Shown here: positions 38,473 to 51,190 of the stretch, piece after piece
Layout: each line of letters starts with the position of its first letter
Numbering within the stretch: the stretch's first letter is position 1
Assembly (NCBI RefSeq): GCF_902713615.1
Contig: NW_024055446.1
Span: forward strand, 62,001-126,000
Length of the DNA: 64,000 bases
Direction: 5' to 3'
Source: Scyliorhinus canicula
Taxonomy: Eukaryota
Made by a program: the position numbers and the translations under genes
Notes under the pieces: model-generated
What the model saw: the letters and a program-made list of their open reading frames with translations, nothing else
Databases searched by the model: none
Told to the model about the DNA's origin: nothing

Positions 38473-40147
38473 CTTTGGGAAAGGTTTCCTCTGTTCATTT
38501 TACATCGAATCAATTTTGAGCATAATGTAAAGATGTGCTTGTTTTGTGTCCCCATGTTCGACCAGTGAGGAAGAGACCAGAAATGCTCGCAATCGATCAT
38601 AACTCAGAGTAGATATAGATTTTTCCTCCTCAAGTTTCCATTTGTCAAATTTATTACACCAAAGAGAAACTCGTAAAAAAGTTAAACATCTTACAGATAA
38701 TTAATATAACCCAGACCATTGTGAGAACGAAGAGCGATATTGTTGCTTCAGCATTTTCCAGAGATTTTTTATTCATCTCAGAAACCTGTGCAAAATTAAA
38801 CAAACACTGAGGCTATTGGCTGAAGCTTGACTGAAGCCACTTCCTGCGGAACATATGACAGGAACATCGCCTCGAGAGCTGTGTCTGATTGGCCTGATAT
38901 TATTTCTGTAATCACAAGTCTGTGTTTATTGCAGAGGCTGAAAATCTAACCGTACATTTCGCTGATCACTAACAGAAGGGTAAATATCAACAAAGTTCGA
39001 TCTCTAATTGACCTGAGCGACTGTTTAATCCGTAATTGTCCTGAAAGCTGTTCTCTGGAAGAATTAACAGTTTGGATGCAGATGAAGATGTTCTATTTAT
39101 TTCAGTCTCTGTCACTGAATAAATTGAACTGGCTGCCGGGAAGGGTATGGGGGAGGGGGAGTTGTTAGGGGTGGTAGTGAAGGGAGTCGAATTTGATTAA
39201 GATTCTACTGTGGCACTCAGGGAAATGATCTCTGTTGTTCGTGGCATATGTACAGGACGGGGATATACGCTGGCAGTTTAGTATCTGAAACGTGTAATTT
39301 AACATGCATGTATTTAACATACATTAGAAGTTAGCTGCCTCCATTTTAGTCTGGCGTCTGAACTGTAGTTATCATCTTGTATAATTTAAAGGTCCTCCCA
39401 CCAAAGAGGTCCAGCATTGTATTTGTCTGTTTACTTCGGTGGGAGCAGTTACGGGTTCCTCTTTATTACTATTATAATGTACTTTAATGCAGGTGAATAT
39501 ACACAGGAACTAATGTTAAATTATGTTTAAATCGCAGTGAAGTAACTTATTTTGACACGTGTCGTGTTATATTCAATTGATTATATAATTTTCTCAATTA
39601 ATTAATATATTATTATTTATGTCTTATTCTCTCTATGTTGTTATCTGTTCGTTTGTCTCAAATCGTGTCTCCGACCTTCTTGTCTCCACATCACGTCACC
39701 GGGTCCCTTCACTGGACCTTGGTTGGTGAATTCGTTGAAACGGCAATTTGAGATGAATTTTATTTTCGACTCTCTGAACTTGAATGCCATGTGAAAGAAC
39801 GAAAACGTGACAGAGAAAGTTTGTGTGTGTGAGAGAGAGAGAGAGAGGGAGAGGCGATATACCGACAGAGAAGCCGAACAGCAGAGAGAGACAGACACGA
39901 AGAGAAAGCTGAGAGACACCAAGGCAGTGAAAATGCTAAAGGAGTTCATTAGTCCAGAAGCAAGAACGATTGGTGCCCGACTCTCACGAGCACTGAGGGA
40001 CTAGTCAATCCTGACCTTGGGAAACGCCCATCAGAATCACATTGCGTGAAATCTGCAGCTGATTGGAGATTACTCTTTAATATCAGACTAGAACTGCAAC
40101 TTACTTCAAACATGATGTTATTTCTTTCCAACTTTAAACCAGGCACC

Positions 40148-40596
40148 ATGTTCTCCTCATATTGCTTTATGGTGATTCTCAGCATCCTGCCCAGTGAGTC
40201 AATATTTACTATAATATTTAATATCACACATGCACATGTTCCATATGTTATATTCATTCCCAGACGTTTGAAACATTATTTGTCTTTTACAGGAACAAAT
40301 GGCGAAGACGCAGTGTTCCAGGATCGATCTGAATTAAAGGTTCTGGAAGGACAGAACGTAACACTGGATTGTAGATACTCGACAGCTACTCTTCGAACTC
40401 TGCTCTGGTACATCCAGTATCCCGGGAAAGCTCCAAAATATTTAATGATAATATATAGCTCTGGGGGTGTAAATAAGTCTCCAAATTTACCAGCCAGGTT
40501 CTTGGCGGTTTTGCATAAAGAAAGCACAACGGTTCCTTTAACTATCACCGGGGCCCTTCTCTCTGACTGCGCCGTGTATTTCTGTGCCATGGAGCC
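40148..40596 (+). CDS. TRAV: TCR alpha/delta-type V segment V2 (leader 40148-40193, V exon 40293-40596), intact
   Basis: MFSSYCFMVILSILP/R-TNGEDAVFQ...LDCRY...LLWYIQYPGKAPKY...DCAVYFCAMEP. Confidence 0.93.
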
Positions 40597-40634
40597 CACA
40601 CTGCTGCAGAGAGAGCAGCTGCCGTACAATAACC
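40597..40634 (+). other. RSS, 22-bp spacer (CACACTG / ACAATAACC)
   Basis: Counted directly. Confidence 0.9.
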
Positions 40635-40659
40635 CCACACTGAGAGTTCCAGTTAGTCC

Positions 40660-40673
40660 TCACCAGAGGGCGG
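40660..40673 (+). promoter_or_regulatory. CTCF-consensus-like motif 3' of the V2 RSS
   Basis: TCACCAGAGGGCGG. Confidence 0.5.
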
Positions 40674-41437
40674 TCTCTCGCCGATAAACATTCAACCTCC
40701 ACAGTGAAAGCCAACGAGACTTTTCATAATTTCAGAGCAAGACAACAAAACCAGGCAAGGGCCACTTAGGGAATTAAAGTAGTTGCTTTCAGCTCACAGC
40801 TGTAATAAAAATGAGAGTCACAAATTAATTTCTGGTGTCACCTCGTTTTTTTCTTTTGATGTTATTTCTGTGTCTGTCTGACTTATTGTGCAGCTTTTCC
40901 CCGTCTCCCCGTTAGCATACCGATCCTTTTGATCACGACCGCGCACAAACTCGAAATGAACAGCGTGTTTTAGTTGTCTGGATTGTATTAATGAAAAGAT
41001 TGAAATTTACAAATTAGGAACATCGAATGTTAAAACACACTCCCATGCATCAATTTCCCTCGATGTTCATGGCCTTTTGGAGTGTCTTTTTATTTCTATA
41101 ATATGTTTCTGTTCATTCGCAGTCACTTCACTATTCATCCGTTTCACAACCGCACTGCGAGCAAATGGCAGTGAGTTGATAGAATCCTGAGACCTTGCAG
41201 CAGATTATTGATGGTGGGATAGCGATCAGTATCTTCAAATACTCAACTCTCCTTTGACAGAGCGGATAGCAAGCAGAATATGACTTAGCATCAGGATATT
41301 GTGGGAATATTTCTGACAGGTAATTGTGGACTAAACACCTTCCGCATTTTCTCCAATTTCCAAAATAGGGTATGAATCAGCATATTAAACACCCGCCGGT
41401 CTGATAATTCCTTGTTTGAATATGGATTTAGATCCAG

Positions 41438-41772
41438 GTCATGGAGGCTCTGTTTGTCAGTTGCTGCCCTCAGATCTAAAGACAGTCGTAGAAGGGAAAA
41501 CTGAATAAGGTATATGCAACATCAGCTTCATTACTTATTCTGGCACAAGAGCACCAGATACACAGCGCACGAAGTTGCACTGCAGGAATTCTGGGTGGGT
41601 AAATGAAAGTTTTGCCAAACCATATTTCTCGGTAGAATTCGAGACCTCTACTCAATTCGCCAGTTTAAGCTTCAAGGGGCTGTAGCTGACTGACTGTGCC
41701 GTCTATTATCTATTACTGCGTTCTGTCTGTGGGAAATGTGATGGAAAGCAGTCTTACCCCTGTACGTTTACC
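41438..41772 (+). pseudogene. V pseudogene with decayed RSS
   Basis: GHGGSVCQ..VEGK, YLFWHK and FSVEFETS..SLSFKGL*LTDCAVYY; stops at 41506 and 41683; frameshifts; AAATGTG-23-ACGTTTACC. Confidence 0.85.
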
Positions 41773-42033
41773 TTGGACAGTAGCTCATTACTCCTGTCTG
41801 TTTGGGGGTTCTACAGAATCTCGGGCAGATTCACCCGTAATATGAACAGCGCTGTCAGCCTCTCAAACCAAATACTGCCAACAAACCAATATCATTTTGA
41901 ATGAAAACGTCAGGATACTGGTTCCAGAAGCGGCTAAAATACAAGCAAAATAGAATCTTCAAAATGACAGGCAGATGCAGCACGAAATTAATGTATGGGT
42001 TAATTATTCTTTCCTGCGCCTTTCCTTTGAGGA

Positions 42034-42380
42034 TCATAGAATTTACAGTGCAGAAGGAGGCCATTCGGCCCATCGAGTCTGCACCGGCTCCTGGAAAGAG
42101 CACCCTACCCAAGGTTAACACCTCCACCCTATCCCCATAACCCAGTAACCCCACCGAACACTAAGGGCAATTTTGGACACTAAGGGCAATTTATCATGTC
42201 CAATCCACCTAACTTGCACATCTTTGGACTGTGGGAGGAAACCGGAGCACCCGGAGGAAACCCACGCACACACGGGGAGGATGTGCAGACTCCGCACAGA
42301 CAGTGACCCAAGCCAGAACCGAACCTGGGACCCTGGAGCTGTGAAGCGATTGTGCTATCCACAATGCTACCGTGCTGCCC
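42034..42380 (-). mobile_element. HE1-like SINE
   Basis: Full-length family match. Confidence 0.9.
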
Positions 42381-42771
42381 CACAGGGTTTAATGTTAGGA
42401 TCAGCTCCACGGAACAAGGTACCTCTGACGTCACAAATAACCGACAGACTGACGTCACAGATAGTACAGACTGACATTCCTCAGGCGGATGCACTGACGC
42501 GTGCGCACTCCTGCTTGTGGCGGATCAGTCATGCTGAAGCTCCCTGGTACCTTCACTTTGTTGTTCACATTCCCAGAGACACCTTTCTGGCCTCTACAGT
42601 GTATCTGGTGTAGGACTCAGTTTGGTGCTCAACAGCGTTGCCTTCTCTGGCAATGCCACTCAGTTTGGGTTCTGCTGACAGCTATTTTACAAATTGGTTT
42701 TGATTTGAGATGTGAGTCTGAGCTTCACTTTCGTGATCCGATTCAGTGTGAGGGGATGAGAGTGCCTTGTC

Positions 42772-43213
42772 GGTTTTTGTATGGACTGAATGCACCTCAG
42801 CGCACAGGGATACACGGCAGAGTCAGGGACAGAAGCCTAACTAAGATGTAAAGAACTGTTTCCTTGGCCTGGTCAAAATTAGCAAAAAAAAAACTCTCTT
42901 GGAATGTTGGAGAACTTGCCCCCTGCCCCTTGCCATACCTCCTCAGTAAATATCCCGGAGCTTCTGTAGAATAGCGAATGTACCAAACAGTTAATGATAG
43001 CTATCCAATGTATAGTAATTGCAGTTTTGTGTTCCTGTCTGTCCTTCCTGAATCATCTATGGGACATTGAATCCGTTCCACTAATTCTAAAACAAAGACC
43101 AACCTGTGTCAGATGTCACAGTAAATGCAAACAATGGAACATGGAAACGACTCAACAATCCACTCACCGGGCAGCACGACCATGGTTATCGGGAAAGGAC
43201 AAAGGAGAAATAT
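42772..43213 (-). pseudogene. V pseudogene (leader 43168-43213 with ATG>ATA; V exon ~42793-43086; heptamer lost)
   Basis: ISGTDS, NCNY, WYIRYSTEAPGYLL and DSAVYPCALR; perfect nonamer at 42772-42780, only 12 nt from the coding end. Confidence 0.88.
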
Positions 43214-43589
43214 GGCAGATGGTTTAGATCTCATCTAACAAATCAGAATGTTTTAAATACTCCGAATGTTATGGACTGACATTGAAGAGTGAACACAGAA
43301 CGGGGAATGCTTCGTTTATTGCGAATCGGAGGGACAGCTGCCGAGACTTAATAACGTGAGAAACACTATGCGCACGATCAGAATTTAAAAATGTGCTCAC
43401 AGTGGCTTGATTAGTTGAAGGAATTTACATAGATTGAAAATGTTTGCTGTGAAAAATCTTTACCAAATTATTTAGTAGCACTGTCTTGCATCAAGGTTTG
43501 GTAAAATAAGCATAACTGCAGACGCCGGGAATCAGACGTGGAGACGGACAAACACTTCCAGACGCATACGCCTAAAAGGAAGGCAATAC

Positions 43590-43735
43590 AGAACACATGC
43601 ACGCACGCATACACAGCACACACACACAAGCACACACATACTTAAACAGGCACATGCATTCTCTCACACAAACAGAAACACACATGCACACACACACACA
43701 TACACATTCACACACGCACACACACCCACACAAAT
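43590..43735. repeat. Degenerate (CA)n microsatellite
   Basis: Direct reading. Confidence 0.9.
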
Positions 43736-44611
43736 CAAACATTGGTAGACAGACCATTATTATAATCGAGTGATAGCTTTCGATATACATTTCATAACAA
43801 ATTACACAGTTACTAATAAGGCATGACTGAATGCAGATAATTCGTTAATTGGATCCAGCAGCAAGACAGAAACATTGGCAAATGGTTCCAAACCAGGCGA
43901 AAAAGTCCTGAGGATGATGCGAGAAACTGAATTCAGGGACTGTGCTTTCTCACTTCCCGTCATAAACACTTTTTCAAGGTGGATATTTCCAACTGTCCCT
44001 CATTGAAAAAAAAGATGATGCTATTGATCTCCACGGAAGCTTCTGATTTTCAAGCGAGTTCCCGTTTCTGAAGGGCAGGCAGGAAATTGGACCTCCGGCC
44101 GCAATCTGATAACTGTGATCTTACTGAAGGTTCGAAGGGTCAACTGATCTGCGCCCGATGTTATTTCTTATATGGTTAGTTTCATATAATGTAGAGAGGA
44201 CCAAAAGATGCTTAAAAAACAAGTGTCACACGTTTCTGAGGCGGAATATCAATGTCATTGTGTTTTTAAGACCAGGGCATATACATTCCCCTTTGGGGGT
44301 TAGTCTATCGCGCGGAAGGAGTGATGAGAAAAGCCGATGTTGTTGTGTTGCTAATTCCGGAGTTTCTGAGGGGAAGAGCTTCTCACTGGCCATACTAACT
44401 GTCTACGGTCTAAATAGGAGGGGTAATAGGCAGGCAGTGGCACCGTAGGGTAACTGAAGAGGAAATTGTGGTAAATTACAAAAGTAGAAATGAAATACGG
44501 AGTGCCTCACGGGTTTGAGGAAAATGGGATTGTTGGACAAACAAGTAGAATCAGTGATATTTGGGTGAAAGATCAGTCAGGGGATAATGGAGTTTTAAAA
44601 TAAGGGAAAGA

Positions 44612-44970
44612 TTTTCTGAGAAGTCAGATCATGTTGAGCAGTGGAACCAGGAGGATCCTGAATTAGTCCTTCTTCAGTGGAGGAAGTGATCAGCTGGAGC
44701 AGAAATACACACTCCCAGACCACTGCATTGCTGACCTATCCGATGCCACGAATGGGTCATGTGTAGCAATGTCCCCAACAGCACAATCTTTCAGAATGAA
44801 AATGGGACAGCAAACGGAAGCTGCTCCCCGATACACCGCAGATTCTAAACTAGTCAGACTGTGCGGCTGGTATCAGCTGCAGGCGGGATTGCCGGAGCGG
44901 AAATAGCGACGGTTGAATCTCTGGGGATTTATGAGCATCCTGCACCTGCAAGTGAGTGAGAACAATTAGT
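44612..44970 (-). pseudogene. Orphan V5/V6-family leader remnant plus upstream promoter module; no V exon recognised
   Basis: TGCTCAACATGATCTGACTTCTCAGAAAA vs V6 TGCTCATCATTATCTCACTTCTCAGTAAG (donor dead); shared 21-mer at 44894-44914. Confidence 0.7.
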
Positions 44971-45681
44971 GGGGGACTGGCATGCATCACCCAGAATTAT
45001 CGAAAATTAGGGAACGGAATGAGCATTCGGCTTACTGTGCACGTGCCTATTTGAAAATGCTCTCCTACTCCTCTTTCGCACCCCACATTTTCCATATTGC
45101 TTTTCCTTTTCAGATTATGACAATCCCCTTTTTGAAATTTGCTATTCAATCTTCTTTCATTATTTTGTGCGTCGTGTTCTAGATATTAACAAGTCTGAAT
45201 ATTATGAATAAATACATCATTCTATGTCGTATTTTCCCATGAAATCGGGATGATTTGTCATTGGAACTGCTGCTAATGGGAACAATTACAGACGATCTAC
45301 GCTTCGAAATGGCATCTTTTTCAGCAAAACGATTGAGTCTTCCTTCGACCTCCTTTATGACAGGCAAATGAAGCTAAAATTCTCTGGGTCTTTTGCAAAA
45401 ACTGCCCTCGCCCCTGGTAATCTTTAAATATATAACATCCGCACTTTCTCCAACGTCCTAACACTGCTTCTCATTTGTCATGCACCGGATTTGGAAAGAA
45501 ACGGCCAGCAAAGATTTCATCGATTAAGCATCCATTTCTGACATAAACAACAACAGCAGGAAAAACTGTTTCCTACGAGATCCAGTTTAGATTTCTGGGA
45601 AACATTCGTGCCTTCTTGGGTATTTCAATCCACCCTGAATCCATTCAGTGGCTGCATTCTAACAGGAATGAAACTACTCCG

Positions 45682-45773
45682 GCACCAGAGGGCACCACCT
45701 TCAAACATGAGGATGCTGAAGATCTGTGACGGCATTGTCAAAACCAATAGGCGTTGCTGTCAGAGTGATGTCA
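45682..45773 (+). promoter_or_regulatory. V4 promoter: CTCF-like motif (45682-45695) and CRE decamer AGTGATGTCA (45764-45773)
   Basis: GCACCAGAGGGCAC and an exact decamer about 110 nt upstream of the ATG; same pair at 50748-50817. Confidence 0.7.
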
Positions 45774-45884
45774 CAATGGGCTTGTGTGAGTGGAACATTG
45801 AGCTGAACAGAGCCCGGGTACCCTCTCTGCTTCTCAATCTCTGCCTCGTTTCATTCCCATTCACTCAGAGAGGTTCAGTCAGAC

Positions 45885-46399
45885 ATGTTTCTGCTAATAA
45901 TGGCGGCGCTGTTGGACGGTAAGTAATGGATAATGTTCATGAAATCAGATTAGCAGGTTATAGATTGGAATTACATTTAATATAATTAACGATCAAAAAT
46001 ATCCACATGATGAGTAGAGTTGAGTTTCCACAAACGCACACACATACAAAGAAATGTAGATGAATTATTTTTAGACTATTGATGTTTCATTTCTCTCCCT
46101 TTGCAGGCGGGCTAAGCGCAAATCCAGTAACTCAATCACCGGTGACAAAAACAGTGTCAGAAGGGGGTTCAGTGCGGCTGGATTGTGAATATACAGACTC
46201 CAGTATGCAGTACATGCTATGGTATCAGCAGAAAGCAGCACAGCCACCAATCTGGATTATTAGAAAACTCGTAGCTGTGAAGGAAGATGAAGTTTCAGGC
46301 CGATATCTGGCGGCTTCTGACAAGTCTAAACAGAACGGTTACCTCAATATAAGCGGCCTCAGTGTGGAGGACGGGGCGGTCTATTACTGTGCAATGAGG
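45885..46399 (+). CDS. TRAV: TCR alpha/delta-type V segment V4 (leader 45885-45918, V exon 46107-46399), intact ORF
   Basis: MFLLIMAALLD/G-GLSANPVTQSP...LDCEY...MLWYQQ...DGAVYYCAMR. Confidence 0.93.
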
Positions 46400-46433
46400 C
46401 ACAGCGTTAGAAAGCAGCGAGAGTACAAAAACC
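46400..46433 (+). other. RSS with abnormal 18-bp spacer (CACAGCG / ACAAAAACC)
   Basis: Spacer TTAGAAAGCAGCGAGAGT counted as 18 nt. Confidence 0.9.
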
Positions 46434-46725
46434 TCAGCGAGTATTTACAGTTAAATTAACCCTGCTTTCCTTTTCCTGTCTGCGGGAATTGTTCGAACGG
46501 GGATTGACGAACACAGTCAGGTCTGTTTTTCATAAAGTTTTATTGGTGTCTCTATCCTTCTACAGGACATGATGCCGGCATTGAACTGGGGTGAGCACAT
46601 TAACAAGTCTGACAGCACCAGGCTCAGCTTCAACATGTTTGTTTCGAATCACTATCTTTCGGAGCGCAGCTCCTTCCTCATGTCCACAGAGGACCAATTT
46701 GGGAAATCACGAGACCCATCCCGAG

Positions 46726-47045
46726 GCCCGATGTACATGGTAAATTAAAACTTGGAATGCCCGCGTACCAGCAGCGGTAATAACAGCTCTCAGATCTGGA
46801 GATAATAGAGCTGGAAGTTACAGTCATTGTTCCTTTGAAATTCTCCTTATAACCAAACTCTTTGACCAAACTTGTGATCATATGACCGAATAAGTCCATA
46901 GTACCTGTGACACCCCTTGGGAGATTTTATTGTGTGAAAACGTCGACAGTGATGTAAGTTGCTGCATTTATTGTCGCTCAGTGAGACCTGATAGGTTACT
47001 GAGTGAGGGAGTCTGTATAGTTTACTGAGTGAGTGAGTCTGTACA
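46726..47045 (-). pseudogene. Heavily decayed V1-family pseudogene
   Basis: GTACAGACTCACTCACTCAGTAA resembles V1 GTACAGATTCGGTCTCACAGGAA; ATINxS; TCTGAGAGCTGTTATTACCGC resembles DSAVYYC; internal 25-nt duplication. Confidence 0.6.
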
Positions 47046-47271
47046 CCAGGATACGAACAAAAAGCAGGAGTTAAGGTATCGCAGTTCGATTCAATACAAT
47101 ATCTGTTATGAATGCGAGTTGTAATCATAAACTGGTATAACTGTGCAGGTGGATCTCACTATTTATGTTTCTGAGAGTTGAGTTTTGCTACAATTGTTGC
47201 TACGCTCACTATGGAAAGTGAACAATATGGGGGGCGCCTCTTGCTGAGCAGTAGCTGGAACTGCCATGTGG

Positions 47272-47311
47272 GGTTTTTGTACGGGGTCCACCATATCTCT
47301 GCAGCAGTGTG
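47272..47311 (-). other. RSS, 24-bp spacer (CACACTG / ACAAAAACC)
   Basis: Counted directly. Confidence 0.9.
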
Positions 47312-47815
47312 GGCGCCATGGCACAGAAATACACGGCGATGTCGGAAATCATTGTATTACTGATCGTTAGCTCGGTAGTCTTGTTCCTTTTATCAAACGT
47401 AGAAGAAAACCGATCACTGAGTTCGGTGTTCCTTTGCACAGTCTGTCCAATAATTCGAAGCATGTAGCTTGGAGCTTTCCCGGGCTGCTGACTGTACCAG
47501 TACACAAAAGGGTTAGGATCACTTGTTTCCAAGGTGCAGGTTAATGTGACTTCACTTTCCTCTGTAACCGTTATTTCAGGTTCCTTTTGTTCCACGGAGT
47601 CTTGGTGGCTCCATTCTAACAGAAGCAACAGCAATAATGACAATCAGAGTCAGCCTCATATTAGGCAATAAAATAATCAACAAAAGAATCTCTGTCATTT
47701 TACCAATAATAACATCTGGGTTACACACTCAGGAAGACAATGGAGTGTTACTGGGATGGAAATACTTACTTAGAAGTGAGATAATGATGAGGAGCGAAGC
47801 GAGACGGTTGCTCAT
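47312..47815 (-). CDS. TRAV: TCR alpha/delta-type V segment V5 (leader 47770-47815, V exon 47312-47615), intact
   Basis: MSNRLASLLIIISLL/K-WSHQDSVEQ...LTCTL...VYWYSQQPGKAP...DIAVYFCAMAP. Confidence 0.93.
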
Positions 47816-47959
47816 GATACTTTGAGTTTGTAACACTACAATGAGAGAAACCCTCTGTCAGAGACAGAAATACAGATCCCCGTCACACTGCACTGATGAT
47901 CCGACCAACGAGAGGAATGAACCAGCAGCAGCAATCTCTCCAGTAACACAATTGGGTCA

Positions 47960-48135
47960 GAGTGAGAGCAACAACCGGAAGCTGTGGGCGGGGATACCGC
48001 AGTCTGAACATTGAGTGAAGTGTGCGGTGACTCTCAGCTGCACTCGGAACTGGTGGAGCGGAAATAGCGACGGTTCAATCTTCACTACACCGTGACCATC
48101 CTGCACCTGCTGATCGTGCAAGTCACTGAGAAAAA
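47960..48135 (-). promoter_or_regulatory. Conserved V5/V6-family upstream module (ETS-like CGGAAG, GC box, 21-mer GGAGCGGAAATAGCGACGGTT)
   Basis: Copies at 44894, 48055 and 62550; inverted variant at 51243-51380. Confidence 0.6.
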
Positions 48136-48589
48136 ATAGATCGGGAGGGAGATGAATGGACGAGAATCTAGAAACTACTAGTCAGCGATGAGGCCACACG
48201 ATCTATATTGCCCGATACACTTTGAAATCATTATTTTATTCTTCTTTCAAAAACAACATTTTCTACATACCCCAGTTATTCCCGTTACATTTGTGTAGTT
48301 ACTTCTTAAAGTTATTGTTGAAGATTCTTCTGCCTTTATTTAGATCCACCCTCTATAGTTTAACAAATCGCAGTGTAGATAATAGACGAAATTTTCCTGT
48401 CTTTATTTCTCATCAATGGTTGTAATATCTAAGGATCTGCTCGGGGAAACAGCTCCGTGTGATCTTCATTAACAACCCACTGACATTTCAGCAGCTCCGT
48501 TCAGTCTCTCCTTCACTTTCTTTGACCTAAGGAGAGGCGGCCGTGTGGCGCCATCATCAGTTTCCCTGCCTCAGGCCCCTCAGTCGTCG

Positions 48590-49150
48590 AGTTTTACAGC
48601 AAAGAACAGGCCCTTTGGCCCATTGTGTTTGCCCCGGCCATCAAGTATCCATCTAGTCTAAAGCAATTTCCTCACACTTAGTCCGTAGCCTTGTATGTTA
48701 TGGCGTTTCAAGTCCTCATCTCAACGCTTCTTAAGGGTTGTGAGTTTTCCCGCCTCGGGAACACAGTTAGTGTGTTACAGGTTCTCACTACGCTTAAATT
48801 CCTTCCAATGGCCTACCCCTTACCTTAAATCTATGCCCCCTGGTTGTTGCCCGCTCCACTGAGGGGAAAAATTTCTTCCTATCTATGTTCCTCAGAATTT
48901 TGAACACCTCGATTAGATCCTCCGCAACATTCTCTGCTTTAAGGGCAATAATCCCAGCCTATTCAGCCTCTCTTCACAACTGAAACACTCCTGCCCAGAA
49001 AACTTCCTGACTAATCTCCTCTGCACCCTCTCTGGTTCAATCATATTCTTCCCATAATGTGGTGACCAGTTGTGCAGAAAATACTTCAGCTGCGGGCTAG
49101 CCAGCATTCTATACAGCTCCATAATAACCTCCCTACTCTTCTAGTCCATG
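48590..49150 (-). mobile_element. CR1 3' fragment
   Basis: MELYRML.SPQLKY...WSPHY motif. Confidence 0.8.
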
Positions 49151-49989
49151 CCTCGGGGCTGGGAGGGGAGTTCTATAGCAGATGGTATGTGTGGGCACCT
49201 CACCTGGACATCATGGGGTTGTGCTGCTAGGTGCCAGTGAGCTCTGAGGAGCAAGCACAAAGACCAGTGCGTGCAAGGTGTCAGCCAGCCATGTGTTGGG
49301 GGAATTGGACCTGAGGGGTGGCAGGCGGACCTGATTCCAAGAGAGAGGTGGTAACTTACCCTTGCAGGTCACTGGAGGTCATTTGTCTTTGTCCTACATT
49401 GGACGACGGTCCCCCTTGCCATGCTGTCCCACTGACAGTCGTTGTCACTTCCTCCCAGGTGGTATTGGTGCCTCTGCTGCTGGCCCTCTGACCCCCCCCC
49501 CCCCCCGGAACAGGATGTCCCATCTCATGCATCCACAGCATCGAGAAGCTTGGCCAGGTAGGCATCGCCAAAGCGAGGGGCAGTTCTGCATATTGCCATG
49601 ATTGTGTGTTGACTGCAGTGAATGGTGAGGGAGCATTTAAGAGTAGCCCGCTCCCCTCCTTAGTTGAGGTGCGGATCCAGCGAATCTGACGGCGTGGCAG
49701 CCAGTAATGGTGAGAAGCTGATGGGGGCTACTTTCCAACACCGAGTGCCCTTAAATACGGGCTGCGATCTTGCCAATGCGGCCATTGAGAAACATTCTGC
49801 CAATTGCGCCCCAAACGACACTTTTTCCCCCATTAAATCACGCTATAGGTTGATTTCTTTTATCATGACTCTGCTAAAATAACACTAATCTAAAGGAAAA
49901 AATATATATTCATATAACATGACCTTCTCGCATCTCTCAGAATCATCTCCAAGCACTTAGTGCATATCCAATGAGTTTCTTAAATATAC

Positions 49990-50445
49990 GTTGTCTCATT
50001 CATCTCCTCTGCACCTCTCTGGTGCAATCGCATCCTTCCCATAATGTGACGACCAGATGTGCACAAAATACGCCAGCTGCGGGCTAACCAGCGTTTTATA
50101 CAGCTCCATAATAACCTCCCGACTCTTATATTCCATGCGTCGGCTAATAAAGACAAGCATCCCATATGTCATCTTCACCAGCTTAAGTCCTTGTCCTGTT
50201 GCCTTCGGGGATCTACGGACATGAACCCCAAGCTTCCCCCTTGCTTCTATACTTCTTGGCGTCCTGCCGTCCATTGTGTATTTTCTTGCATTGTTAGTCC
50301 TCCCAAAATGCATCATCTCACCCTTTTCAAGGTGAAATTCCATTTGCCACTGTTCTGGCCATCTCACCCGTCCGTCTATATCATCCTGCAATCTAAACCT
50401 TTCCTCCTCGCTATTTAGCACACCAGCCATTTTCATGTTGTCTGC
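49990..50445 (-). mobile_element. CR1 RT C-terminal fragment
   Basis: RLQDDID...WQMEF...K...MHFGR motif. Confidence 0.8.
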
Positions 50446-50747
50446 GAATGACGGTTGGGGCTGGCTCATGGGACTGGAAAGCCAGAACGCACTGGATTCC
50501 TGTTCCAGCTCTGGGATAGGTGCGAACGGACCCCCAGTGCAATGCATTGGGCCTGGGTCAGAGAAAGAAATAATGAGCAGGATCCAGATTTAAATAGTCA
50601 ATTCCCATTCCTGACATTGATGTTCTGACAAACAAATCAATAATTACAGTGTTAATGTAAGCCTACTTGTGACGATAATGATTACTATATTATAAACCTT
50701 AAGTCCATCCAGTAACCCCCATTCGGAACCGAATTGAACATAATCCA

Positions 50748-51190
50748 CCAGCAGAGGGCGCAAAGCCCAAGCATGATGATTAGAAAGTCACATGAAACCA
50801 ACAACAGAGTGATGTCACAATGGACCTGGCCCCCTGCTGTGTGTGGACGGAACAATGAGCTGAACAGAACCCGGGCTCTCTCTCCCCTTCCAAAAATCTG
50901 ACTCATTTCATTCCCATTCACTGAGCGATTCAATCAGACACGTTTCTCATAATACTGGCGGTGCACTTGCGCAATAAGTACTAAATTATACTCATCAGTA
51001 CAGTTTAACAAATTGATGAGAATTTACGCACATTCATACAGTTAATAGAGGTTTACCTCCATCAGCCGGGTTAATTTCATCCCAGGCCCACGAAGAACAA
51101 ACATTAGCAGATTTATTTATCCTTCTGCTCTTTTGATGCTCTACATTGACAGGCAGATCCAGTGACACAGTGTCTAGTGTCAGAAGCCTA
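50748..51190 (+). pseudogene. Truncated V4 paralog: promoter, dead leader (ATG>ACG 50940, GT>AT 50974) and first codons of the V exon
   Basis: CCAGCAGAGGGCGC, AGTGATGTCA at 50808-50817, leader colinear with V4, and GCAGATCCAGTGACACAG resembling ANPVTQ at 51153. Confidence 0.8.

Noticed and set aside
42426-42457. Two palindromic CRE sites (TGACGTCA)
   Set aside because: They arise from a local short duplication next to a SINE and are not upstream of any V leader
49150-49900. GC-rich stretch with several short ORFs
   Set aside because: Looks like a fragment of an unclassified interspersed repeat; no coding signal
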